IMG/VR virus record: IMGVR_UViG_3300046779_001735
Coordinates: 64,001 to 128,000 of that record
From: a virus
Strand: one strand, 5' to 3'
DNA: 64,000 bases
Shown: one piece after another, positions 18,120 to 26,866 of the stretch
Position numbering within the stretch: position 1 is the stretch's first letter
Layout: every line of letters begins with the position of its first letter
Program-made: the position numbers and the translations under genes
The notes under the pieces: model-generated
The model's database searches: none
What the model was told of the DNA's origin: nothing
The model's input: the letters and a program-made list of their open reading frames with translations, nothing else

Positions 18120-18955
18120 CAATTCAAGTTAAAGACTTCGCCATCGGTTCAGGGCAACCTTTGTGTGTAATTGCTGGACCCTGTCAAATTCAAAGCCTGG
18201 ATCATGCACTAATGATGGCCACAGCTTTGAAAAAACTCTGTGGAGAACTTGGAGTAAACTTTATATACAAGAGCAGTTTTGACAAAGCCAATCGCACAAG
18301 TATTACAACTCAGCGCGGAGTTGGTATAACTGAAGGATGTGAAATACTGTATGAAGTACAATCACAACTCAAGGTTCCTGTACTAACAGATATACATCTT
18401 CCTAGTCATGCTGACCGTTGTCAGTTCTGGGGTATTGACATGATACAGATACCTGCATTTCTATCCAGGCAAACCGACTTGCTGATAGCCGCAGGTGAAT
18501 CGGGTGCTGCGGTTAATATCAAAAAAGGCCAGTTTATGGCACCAAATGATATTAGCCGGGCAGCAGAAAAAGTTGCCAGCACTGGTAACAAAAGAATATT
18601 ACTTTGCGAACGAGGAGTTACACATGGATACAATAATCTTGTGGTTGACATGCGCAGTCTACCTATCATGGCACGCACTGGCTATCCCGTGGTATTTGAC
18701 TGCACACATAGTGTTCAACAACCAGGAGGACTGGGAACGAGTTCTGGCGGGGATCGCGGGATGGTACCCTACCTCGCCCGAGCAGCAGTGGCCACGGGAT
18801 CAGTAAATGCAGTGTTTATTGAAACACATGAAGATCCAGATTCAGCCCCTAGTGATGGACCAAACATGATTCCATTGAACAAGATGTATGAGTTAATTGC
18901 ACAACTCAAACAATTACACAGGTTGGTTGCAGAGTATGACAAAGGTATAGTATAA
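18116..18955 (+). CDS. kdsA: 3-deoxy-D-manno-octulosonate 8-phosphate (Kdo8P) synthase
   Basis: IAGPC, KSSFDKANRTS, QIPAFLSRQTDL, NIKKGQF, CERG, FDCTHSVQQPGG and ETH..PD.A.SDGPN. Confidence 0.95.
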   Translation: MTIQVKDFAIGSGQPLCVIAGPCQIQSLDHALMMATALKKLCGELGVNFIYKSSFDKANRTSITTQRGVGITEGCEILYEVQSQLKVPVLTDIHLPSHADRCQFWGIDMIQIPAFLSRQTDLLIAAGESGAAVNIKKGQFMAPNDISRAAEKVASTGNKRILLCERGVTHGYNNLVVDMRSLPIMARTGYPVVFDCTHSVQQPGGLGTSSGGDRGMVPYLARAAVATGSVNAVFIETHEDPDSAPSDGPNMIPLNKMYELIAQLKQLHRLVAEYDKGIV

Positions 18956-18956
18956 T
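18927..18956 (+). promoter_or_regulatory. Sigma70-type promoter, leaderless mRNA
   Basis: TTGCAG, 18-bp spacer, TATAAT (18951-56). ATG lies 6 nt downstream. Confidence 0.55.
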
Positions 18957-18962
18957 AGAGTT

Positions 18963-19463
18963 ATGAAAATACTAACCCTTGACAACCAGTCATACGACTT
19001 AAACACGCTGCCTGAGCAGGTAGATGATCTTAGATTTGCTATACTAGACAATAGTAATCCAAGCGATCCAGACTATCATTATATTCCTTTGATATTTTTG
19101 GAAAGCTTTAATTCACCATCGCTTGTGCTGCGTATAGGTGAACACAAGATCAAGATGCCTGTTGATTGGCAAGTGCTTATAGGTGAGCCAGACTTTGGTG
19201 ATCTTGAAGTGTTACCGCTTACATCAATCAACGATCGTGGATTTAATGTGTTTGAATTCAATCCACTTACCAGCTTTCGTCCTAGCTTTCCATCAATAGA
19301 AATCATTGATGTGTATCATGATGTAAATTGGTACTCGCCTAAGCTAAAAAATGGTCAATTACTAGCAGTACCACTAAATGATGATCCTGAACCGCCTTGT
19401 ATATATTTTGTTAAAGACATTTCTCGTAATTGTGAAATAGTAGATTATCGTAGAGCATGGTAG
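18963..19463 (+). CDS. Hypothetical protein
   Basis: 166-aa ORF with its own promoter in the replication region. Confidence 0.8.
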   Translation: MKILTLDNQSYDLNTLPEQVDDLRFAILDNSNPSDPDYHYIPLIFLESFNSPSLVLRIGEHKIKMPVDWQVLIGEPDFGDLEVLPLTSINDRGFNVFEFNPLTSFRPSFPSIEIIDVYHDVNWYSPKLKNGQLLAVPLNDDPEPPCIYFVKDISRNCEIVDYRRAW

Positions 19464-20332
19464 TATATCAACCGTGGCCTAGACTGCGAATTAATTTTGA
19501 TAACGACGGTGCTGTGTTTGTGCTCTACCCCTGGGGCGCCGGCGGCAAGTTTGTTATCAACAGTCTAGCTGTAAGTACTCGAGCTGTGCCACAGGATGCT
19601 AGCTTGGCCGAGCAGCAACTCAATAAAGAATTATCAACAGCACAAAAAAAGCAAATAATTCTTGACAGACTTGCAGCGGAAAAAAATCGCTGGCAAGATC
19701 TGCATTTCAGTGTAGACGCACTCACCGGAGTTAACGAACGCTGTTACATAATTGAACCACCTAGTACTGCACAGTATTGGCCATGGAATCATTTTATGTC
19801 ACAGCTATCGCGAACGGCTATAAAATGGTTTGCTGACATACACGACGCAGGTCACCTATCAGCTTATCTAACTGTATGGCCTAATGCTCGCGTGATTAAC
19901 ATGGTAAACAGCAAAGCATTTTTAGAATGGCGTAGAGTCAACTACAATCGTGATTTGGTACAAAAATTTTGGCAAACAATTCGTGATCCCTCTTGGCCTA
20001 TAGAGGCGCCAGAGACCTGGAATGAATTTATTACATTACCTAAAGATATTCAAAAAGAATTACTGTTTGTCCGACACGGTGATATTTTCCAATTCATCCA
20101 ACATCCTGAAGCACAAGATCAATATGAGCACGCCAGACTTAAACATATAGCTCAGGTGTGTGAGGGGCGCGAGGTGTTTGAATTTGACACACAATGTTTA
20201 TTAGATACTAGTCAGTATCTAGAAACCATTGCTAGATGTTATAGTTGGACTGGCTTATATGATTTTGACAAAACTTTTTTAGAATGTTATCATAAACAAT
20301 GGCTAGAAAAAATACAGCAAGTACCAATATAA
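19457..20332 (+). CDS. Hypothetical protein with a P-loop/sulfotransferase-like N-terminus
   Basis: VLYPWGAGGKF. Carries the IRDPSWP...LP..IQ module. Confidence 0.6.
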   Translation: MVVYQPWPRLRINFDNDGAVFVLYPWGAGGKFVINSLAVSTRAVPQDASLAEQQLNKELSTAQKKQIILDRLAAEKNRWQDLHFSVDALTGVNERCYIIEPPSTAQYWPWNHFMSQLSRTAIKWFADIHDAGHLSAYLTVWPNARVINMVNSKAFLEWRRVNYNRDLVQKFWQTIRDPSWPIEAPETWNEFITLPKDIQKELLFVRHGDIFQFIQHPEAQDQYEHARLKHIAQVCEGREVFEFDTQCLLDTSQYLETIARCYSWTGLYDFDKTFLECYHKQWLEKIQQVPI

Positions 20333-20793
20333 AAAGCGACAAGCTTTCCATTCAAAATGAAATGAATAGCTTTGATCTTAAGGATCGATCTTTTTATGAC
20401 AGCTTGACCGATGAAGAACGCAAAAAGTTTTCTCCTTATCTTATGATTCGTTGGGGTAGTGCTGTTGAAAGCGCACCCAATCGTCCGGCGTCGCCTGACA
20501 TGCAAAAATTCTACGTAATTGCTACCAATGAACGATTAAACAAACATTTTTTTGCTGTAAATCGTCATCCTAAACTACAATGGCTCATGGCTACATCTGT
20601 GAGTCCCGGATACGGAGTACTACGTCACAATTGGATAGCCCCCAAGAAAAAAGAAGGTAGCAACAGTGCCCGCAAAAAATTTCTTGCTGAAATTTACCCG
20701 CAATTTAAAATGTCGGACATTGAAACTTTGTCAGCAGTGATGACTGATCAAGAGTATACACAACTTCAACGAGACCACGGAGTAGAAAAGTGA
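20299..20793 (+). CDS. Hypothetical protein, possibly a gp62-like clamp-loader small subunit
   Basis: FSPYLMIRW...NERLN...KLQW...WI.PKKK recalls the gp62 motif order. Exact start uncertain. Confidence 0.45.
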   Translation: MARKNTASTNIKSDKLSIQNEMNSFDLKDRSFYDSLTDEERKKFSPYLMIRWGSAVESAPNRPASPDMQKFYVIATNERLNKHFFAVNRHPKLQWLMATSVSPGYGVLRHNWIAPKKKEGSNSARKKFLAEIYPQFKMSDIETLSAVMTDQEYTQLQRDHGVEK

Positions 20794-21485
20794 ACACAGA
20801 CACAGCAGCGTTTACCTGCTCGTTCTGTGACAAGACATTTCGTAGAGAAAGTAGTCTTGAAGTGCATCTGTGTGAATCCAAGCGACGCTGGCGCGAGCGC
20901 GATGAGCGCGGAGTACAACTGGGCCTCATGGCTTATCTAAAATTCTATGAATACCATCAAGGTAGTTCCAAGCTCAAAGGATTTGAAGATTTTGCAGCCA
21001 GCAATTACTATCGTGCGTTTGTCAAGTTTGGACGTTATTGTGTTGATACAAGAGTAATTAATCCTTTGTTGTTCATGGAATGGTTGTTGAAAAACAATCG
21101 ACGAATTGATTATTGGTGTCGTGATAGCTATTATGGAGAGTGGTTGAATGAATATATCCGTATTGAATCAGTGCAGGATGCTTTGGAACGAGCACTCCGA
21201 GAAATGCAAGACTATACTGATAGAAACAGTGGCCTGGCTATTTTTAGCCACTATTTTAGGTACGGTAATACTAATAGGATCTGTCATCATATTACCACTG
21301 GTCGTGTTAGTCCTTGGGTTATCTATAACTGTGGTAGTGGGCGTGACTGGCTTGAAAGTCTTAACCAAGATAGCATTGCCATTGTCCTTCCTGTTATTGA
21401 CCCTGATTTTTGGCATCGTAAGTTTGAAACTTTCCCTGCTGACGTAGAATGGTGTAAACATATTCTCAATGAGGCTGGACTTTGA
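20790..21485 (+). CDS. Hypothetical protein with an N-terminal C2H2-like zinc finger
   Basis: FTCSFCDKTFRRESSLEVHLC. Confidence 0.75.
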   Translation: MNTDTAAFTCSFCDKTFRRESSLEVHLCESKRRWRERDERGVQLGLMAYLKFYEYHQGSSKLKGFEDFAASNYYRAFVKFGRYCVDTRVINPLLFMEWLLKNNRRIDYWCRDSYYGEWLNEYIRIESVQDALERALREMQDYTDRNSGLAIFSHYFRYGNTNRICHHITTGRVSPWVIYNCGSGRDWLESLNQDSIAIVLPVIDPDFWHRKFETFPADVEWCKHILNEAGL

Positions 21486-21697
21486 CTTTGGTGCGTTTGA
21501 GTTTAGCAGGTTACTCAAACACTGCTCTAGGATGGCGTGCTCAGAAAGGAATAGAACTCAGTCACTGGTGTAGATCCCAAGGACTTGATCTTGGTTCGGA
21601 CTATGAATGGTCGTTTCAGCACAGCATGAATGAATTGCATTTTAAGTTTAAAGATCCTGTGATGGCAACTTTTTTCAATTTGAAGTGGGGGCAATAG
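21482..21697 (+). CDS. Small hypothetical protein
   Basis: Overlaps the upstream stop and fills the gap. Confidence 0.65.
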   Translation: MTLVRLSLAGYSNTALGWRAQKGIELSHWCRSQGLDLGSDYEWSFQHSMNELHFKFKDPVMATFFNLKWGQ

Positions 21698-21700
21698 TTC

Positions 21701-22855
21701 ATGAAGGTCCGTATTCAAGCAACAGATCAATACTTTTTTGGCCAGGATGTATTTGATTATTTCGTGGCTGAATATCAATGGCGTAGTGACTACAATGCCA
21801 CGCCGGATATTGTGTATGGTGAGCCAGAAGCAGATGCGGTAAACATCGCTTTTGTAAGTATGCCCGAACATGTAGATTCTGCGTTGACGTCAGCAGATAT
21901 TATTCTATTGGACAACATAGATGAACCCTTTGGGCGTGGCACGCAGGCACTATATGATATTTTTGAAACGTATCCCAATAGCTATCTAAGCTGTAATAGC
22001 TATCTAGCTTCTGACCATGTTTACTTTGATCAGGTCAACTCACGCATCATAAACACCATGATTGCCTGGACCTATCATAGACGTTTTTACACTGAGCCTG
22101 CGTTCCCTAGTAGTCTAGAATTTAGATCTCAACCCACTGATCCCGCCAGTATGGTGTGGATCAATGGAAAAAATCGCAGTTGGAGAGAGTATCTAAGTCA
22201 GTTAATTGCACAGCAGATACCCATGCTTTCACAACACAATGTAATTCATAATCAAACAGTAACGCCTACTGCTTATTGTTGGTACGAAGATATTCATGAT
22301 ACAAAATTTAGACAATGGTGTAATCAAACCTATGCCAATGATCTTGTTAATCTTGTACCACCTGACACTCGTTGGCCCGCATTACCCAGCGGTGTGAACG
22401 GAAGACATGGCCAAATTGAATGGCAGGATAGATTTGTTGATGCCATCCGTCATAATGCAGTGATTGTGTTCCCCGAAACCACATGGCAAAACAACGTGTT
22501 GGCCATGAATGAAAAGTGTTTGAAATGTTTCTTACACCTGCGTTGGGCAATGCCATTTGGTGGAGCCAATATACATCAGATGCTGGAACAACTTGGATTT
22601 ACCACAGCTCGAAGCCTGTTGCCTAGAGAATTGCAAGCATTTGATCAAGAGCTTGATCACTTAAAAAGATGGCAAGCGCAGTGTGAGGCCATTAAATGGT
22701 TGCAGCAAAATTCCCAGATATTTCACACAACAATGGCAAGACAAATGTTGCAGGAAAATCAGTCTCGCTGTATCATGCTATCAAGCTCAGCTGGAGCTCA
22801 ACTGTATTCTATAATTGAACAATGCCACAATGAAAAAACCCGACATCGACATTGA
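21701..22855 (+). CDS. Hypothetical protein with a GT10-like C-terminal motif
   Basis: VFPET...MNEK..K...LGF. Related to 58345..59586. Confidence 0.55.
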   Translation: MKVRIQATDQYFFGQDVFDYFVAEYQWRSDYNATPDIVYGEPEADAVNIAFVSMPEHVDSALTSADIILLDNIDEPFGRGTQALYDIFETYPNSYLSCNSYLASDHVYFDQVNSRIINTMIAWTYHRRFYTEPAFPSSLEFRSQPTDPASMVWINGKNRSWREYLSQLIAQQIPMLSQHNVIHNQTVTPTAYCWYEDIHDTKFRQWCNQTYANDLVNLVPPDTRWPALPSGVNGRHGQIEWQDRFVDAIRHNAVIVFPETTWQNNVLAMNEKCLKCFLHLRWAMPFGGANIHQMLEQLGFTTARSLLPRELQAFDQELDHLKRWQAQCEAIKWLQQNSQIFHTTMARQMLQENQSRCIMLSSSAGAQLYSIIEQCHNEKTRHRH

Positions 22856-23402
22856 TCTAGCAGATCGCAGTCAGGTCTTGGCCTTGATTCCGCACGTGGC
22901 TGCAACACAGATAGTTGATCAGCGATCACGCAAGCACAACTCTGGAGTGTATGTTACTAGCATACCCTACGATCCTGTACGTGACTGCGCGGCCATTGAA
23001 TACCGTGAAGCGGAACAGCGTGGCTACTTCAAGTTAGATCTGCTTAACATGACTGTGTATCAAGACATTCGTGATCAAGCACACTATGACTCACTATTAC
23101 AAAGTGCTCCGCCTTGGTCAAGACTGCAAGAGCCCAAGTTTGTTGAACGCATTGTGCACATCAATAATCATTATGATTTGTTGTGCAAGATGCCAGAGCC
23201 TGTGGATTCAGTGCCAAGAATGGCTATGTTTTTGGCTATAATTCGACCGGGTAAACGACATCTTGTGGGGCTGCCCTGGAATGAAGTAGCTACTACAGTA
23301 TGGGAAGCCACGGAAGATTCATATAGCTTTAAGAAATCGCATGCAATCAGCTACGCAGTATTGGTTACACTGCACATGAATCTAATCAACACGTCTGACT
23401 AG
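22830..23402 (+). CDS. dnaE: Miniature or split C-family DNA polymerase (DnaE palm/fingers fragment, about 190 aa)
   Basis: PDIDIDL, HNSGVYV, FKLDLL, AIIRPG and YSFKKSHAISYA appear in DnaE order. Confidence 0.8.
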   Translation: MKKPDIDIDLADRSQVLALIPHVAATQIVDQRSRKHNSGVYVTSIPYDPVRDCAAIEYREAEQRGYFKLDLLNMTVYQDIRDQAHYDSLLQSAPPWSRLQEPKFVERIVHINNHYDLLCKMPEPVDSVPRMAMFLAIIRPGKRHLVGLPWNEVATTVWEATEDSYSFKKSHAISYAVLVTLHMNLINTSD

Positions 23403-23759
23403 CGTGATACTCTTGCGCTTTGTGCGCTTTTTTGAAATATCATTCAAACTGCATACCGGACCATGAATTATGGTCAAATCCCGGTTCATAAACGTGCGCA
23501 GACAGTAACGAAATTCGTCCCAGTCCCCACGGAGAAAAATGTTTATGGGTATGCTGCGATTGCTTTCCCACCACCACACGTTGGCTAGTTCTATAAATCT
23601 TTGCTTTTGGTCCTGTGATACCAGTACACCAAAGTCATAGATAGTTGTAATAGTATCATCGCGATTTTGTACTATTCCTATGTATTCTAAATCAGCATAG
23701 ATGCACAGCGTGATAAATGGGTATTTTTCAGCCAATTTGTCAAAAAATTCTCTGCCCAT
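23382..23759 (-). CDS. Hypothetical protein
   Basis: 125-aa ORF containing WWWESNRSIPINIFL. Confidence 0.75.
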   Translation of the reverse strand: MGREFFDKLAEKYPFITLCIYADLEYIGIVQNRDDTITTIYDFGVLVSQDQKQRFIELANVWWWESNRSIPINIFLRGDWDEFRYCLRTFMNRDLTIIHGPVCSLNDISKKRTKRKSITLVRRVD

Positions 23760-23780
23760 AAATATTATTTGGAGATCCTT

Positions 23781-24791
23781 ATGTATTCAACCACAGCGTA
23801 CTTATACCAACAAAAAGCTCGTGTACTTTTGGTTGAAACCAATGGCAGCTATTTCACAGCGAGGTATGAACCCGTGTATGCAAAATCACTTACTTTAAAC
23901 CGTGGCGTTGACAACGTTCTACTGTTTGAGTTTATAAATCAAGATCAAAAACCTGTGAATATCACAGGCAGCACCTTTGTGTTTAGAATAATAAATCAAG
24001 ACGGCTTGGTAATGCTTCTAGAGAAGCCCATGCAAATCATAGCTCCTAGCCGTGGCAGAGTCAAGGTAGTAATAGATAGTTCAGATACAGATCGGTTGAT
24101 AGCACAACCTGCTAGCTACAGTATCCTACGCACTCAGGGAAACTACACAGAAGCAGTGTATGTTGATGATGCAGCAGGCGCCCGCGGTGATATCAACATT
24201 GTTGACAGTGTAGGGCCAAAGCCTTTGCCCAGCAAACATCTCACTATTCCTGATATCTATGGGCCTCCCGGAGATAGCCAAGGACAAGCCGAATACTTCA
24301 GTAGCGAAGTTTTGAATCCTTTGTTTACAACCACGTTTCAGTTGTATCTTGACACCTATACTGGCACTATTAAGTTTCAAGGCAAACAGGATGATGAGTT
24401 GGAATGGACTAATGCTAGTTACAGCTACGAATATCAAGCTGAGTCAGGTTGGAAAGTATATGAAGTCACGGGATATTATGATAGGCTACGTGTGGCTTTA
24501 GACAATAGACTGGGGTACAGCGCACAGGCCAATGTCACTGCTGCCAATGGGGTGATTACCAGCGCATCTGTAACCGCACCTGGCTATAACTACATTGCAC
24601 CTCCAAGAATTAGAATATTTGGCAATGGATCAGGAGCAGCAGCAACTAGCACACTGAATGGGGCAGGTGGAGTGGCTAGTATTACTATCACACAGGGCGG
24701 TAGTGGTTACACTCCCTTGGCCATTGGTGGCTCAACATGTGGCACTGTGGTAATTGATGGTGGCGGTGTGCTAGACATTTTATATAGGTAA
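23781..24791 (+). CDS. Putative virion structural protein (baseplate/tail-associated)
   Basis: TAAATA at 23759-64 and GGAG RBS before ATG 23781. Gly-rich ITxGGSGY repeats in the C-terminus. Confidence 0.65.
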   Translation: MYSTTAYLYQQKARVLLVETNGSYFTARYEPVYAKSLTLNRGVDNVLLFEFINQDQKPVNITGSTFVFRIINQDGLVMLLEKPMQIIAPSRGRVKVVIDSSDTDRLIAQPASYSILRTQGNYTEAVYVDDAAGARGDINIVDSVGPKPLPSKHLTIPDIYGPPGDSQGQAEYFSSEVLNPLFTTTFQLYLDTYTGTIKFQGKQDDELEWTNASYSYEYQAESGWKVYEVTGYYDRLRVALDNRLGYSAQANVTAANGVITSASVTAPGYNYIAPPRIRIFGNGSGAAATSTLNGAGGVASITITQGGSGYTPLAIGGSTCGTVVIDGGGVLDILYR

Positions 24792-24796
24792 ACAGC

Positions 24797-25177
24797 GTGG
24801 CTACTACAACCCTACTACAAAACATACAACAAGGTGTTCCCAGTGGAAACTATGATGGCAGCAGCAGCAGTTTCTATGGTAATGCCGGAAGATGTAACGG
24901 TTTCTATCTAGGTTACTCCGGCGTACAACAGGTTGAAATAAGAATTGAAAACTTCTATGGACGTGTGATCATACAAGGGACTCTGGGTAGCGTACCACTC
25001 ACAGCAGCCTGGGTTGATTTGACTAGTTTTGATTACAACGACAGTTCACTTAACACTCTTACTGCCAGTCAAATCGTACTGGGAGAATATGTGTTTATGC
25101 GAGCTTTGGTTACTGAATTTGAGTCTGGTAAAATAGACTATCTCAATACCACATTTGAGGTACGTGAAGACTATTAA
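24797..25177 (+). CDS. Hypothetical beta-rich protein, likely structural
   Basis: Co-oriented after the structural gene. F.G...IQGTL...W motif echoes the middle of the upstream protein. Confidence 0.65.
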   Translation: MATTTLLQNIQQGVPSGNYDGSSSSFYGNAGRCNGFYLGYSGVQQVEIRIENFYGRVIIQGTLGSVPLTAAWVDLTSFDYNDSSLNTLTASQIVLGEYVFMRALVTEFESGKIDYLNTTFEVREDY

Positions 25178-25877
25178 ACCATTCCGTAGGATCATTGCAT
25201 TTGGTGATTCTTTTGTCTGGGGCGACGAACTAGTTGATCCTAAGCTAGGTCATGATGTTACTGCTGCCACTGCAGAAAATACTGCTTACAGAGAACAACA
25301 CTGCTTTGTTGGCCAATTGGGCACACATTATGGTGTACCAACTGAGAATTTCTCTTGGCCCGGCAGCAGCCTTCAAAGTGCGATTTGGAACTACTGCTGG
25401 TGGCGCGAACGCACCCAGGATCTAGATCAATACCTAGTGATAGTGGGACTCACATCTGCTTATCGTACAAGTTTTTATAACCCTAACCATGTGATCTATG
25501 AAAACGATCCGCCTTGGCACAGATATGTGCACAGCACCTGGGTCAACCATAGTCAAATGATGTATGATCAGCCCTGGCAGGATCTAGTGAAGCTGCACAC
25601 TGTGTTGACCAACAGTGAACAGAGTCAAAAGCTAAATTATCTCCAAAGTGTTTATTTTTGGCAAGGAGTCCAGACATGCCATGCTGGTGTGTTACAGTTT
25701 CCTACCATGCCTGCTGTGACTCAAGTTCAAGCTGATAATTTAATCTGGGCAAACAGCAGTCTACGAGATTGGTTACACACACCGGATCTGACCTGCGCAC
25801 ATGGTCATCCAAATGAAAAAGGTCACCTAGAGATTTCTAATAAGTTGCAACACCTAATCAATCATGCTATACTCTAG
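25155..25877 (+). CDS. SGNH/GDSL-like hydrolase or acyltransferase
   Basis: AFGDSFVWG...HPNEKGH. The start may be at VKTIKP. Confidence 0.6.
   Translation: MRYVKTIKPFRRIIAFGDSFVWGDELVDPKLGHDVTAATAENTAYREQHCFVGQLGTHYGVPTENFSWPGSSLQSAIWNYCWWRERTQDLDQYLVIVGLTSAYRTSFYNPNHVIYENDPPWHRYVHSTWVNHSQMMYDQPWQDLVKLHTVLTNSEQSQKLNYLQSVYFWQGVQTCHAGVLQFPTMPAVTQVQADNLIWANSSLRDWLHTPDLTCAHGHPNEKGHLEISNKLQHLINHAIL
25845..25873 (+). promoter_or_regulatory. Sigma70-type promoter (extended -10), leaderless primase mRNA
   Basis: TTGCAA, 17-bp spacer ending TGc, then TATACT. GTG start lies 6 nt after. Confidence 0.65.
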
Positions 25878-25879
25878 CT

Positions 25880-26866
25880 GTGCTAGATATTAATCTTTAT
25901 TTGCCGGTTAAACGTAAGAATTCTGTGTCTGGGTGGACCAGTTTCAATGCGGTGTGCTGTGTGCACAATGGCCACAGTCAAGATCGTCGCGGACGCGGTG
26001 GCATCAAGACATCCGATCAAGGCTGGAGTTATCATTGTTTTAACTGTGGATACACAGCGAGTTTTACAATAGGACGTAATCTTTCATTCAAGTCACGCAG
26101 ATTCTTGACTTGGCTAGGTGTGCCTCCAGAAGAAATTGAACGAGTAAATCTTGAAAGTCTAAGACATCGTAGCATGGAGACGCTGTTGAATGATAGGCAG
26201 CGAGTGGTCGCAGTGCCGCAAGATATTCAATTTGAAGAACGCGAACTACCGCCAGCAGCTGAATTGGTCACACCCGAGCACGTGACCGAGTGGCAGTATC
26301 TAAGAGATCGTGGTGTGCCTGAAGATTTTCCTATCATGACTGTGAAAGTAAATGACACCGGGCACTGGGCACGACCACAGGTGATTGTGCCATTTACCTA
26401 TAACAATGACTTAGTGGGCTATAGTTGCCGCATGTTGGACAATCGCACGCCTAAGTATATACACAGCACACAACCTGGTTATGTGTTTGGCACAGATCTA
26501 CAGCACAGCTCATGGCAGCATGCAATTGTAGTTGAAGGTGTGTTTGATGCTCTAGCAATAAATGGCCTAGCAGTGCTCCATGCAGAGATCAATGATGCAC
26601 AGGCAAGATTGATACGCAGCCTAGAGCGTGAGATTACCCTGGTGCCTGATCAGGATCAATCAGGACTGGCCTTAATTGATAGAGCCATGGAACTCAACTG
26701 GGCAGTAAGTATGCCTGAATGGCCCGATGATGTGAAAGATGTCAATGATGCGGTAAAGAAGTTTGGAAAACTTGTGACCATGATACATATATTCCAAGCG
26801 AGAGAAACCAACAAGATTAAAATAGAACTAAGGAAAAAACGCCTTGCTCAACGACTACGGAAGTGA
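25880..26866 (+). CDS. DNA primase (T4 gp61/DnaG-like)
   Basis: Zn ribbon (CC...HCFNC), TOPRIM VVEGVFDA, PDQD and KDVND. Confidence 0.9.
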   Translation: MLDINLYLPVKRKNSVSGWTSFNAVCCVHNGHSQDRRGRGGIKTSDQGWSYHCFNCGYTASFTIGRNLSFKSRRFLTWLGVPPEEIERVNLESLRHRSMETLLNDRQRVVAVPQDIQFEERELPPAAELVTPEHVTEWQYLRDRGVPEDFPIMTVKVNDTGHWARPQVIVPFTYNNDLVGYSCRMLDNRTPKYIHSTQPGYVFGTDLQHSSWQHAIVVEGVFDALAINGLAVLHAEINDAQARLIRSLEREITLVPDQDQSGLALIDRAMELNWAVSMPEWPDDVKDVNDAVKKFGKLVTMIHIFQARETNKIKIELRKKRLAQRLRK

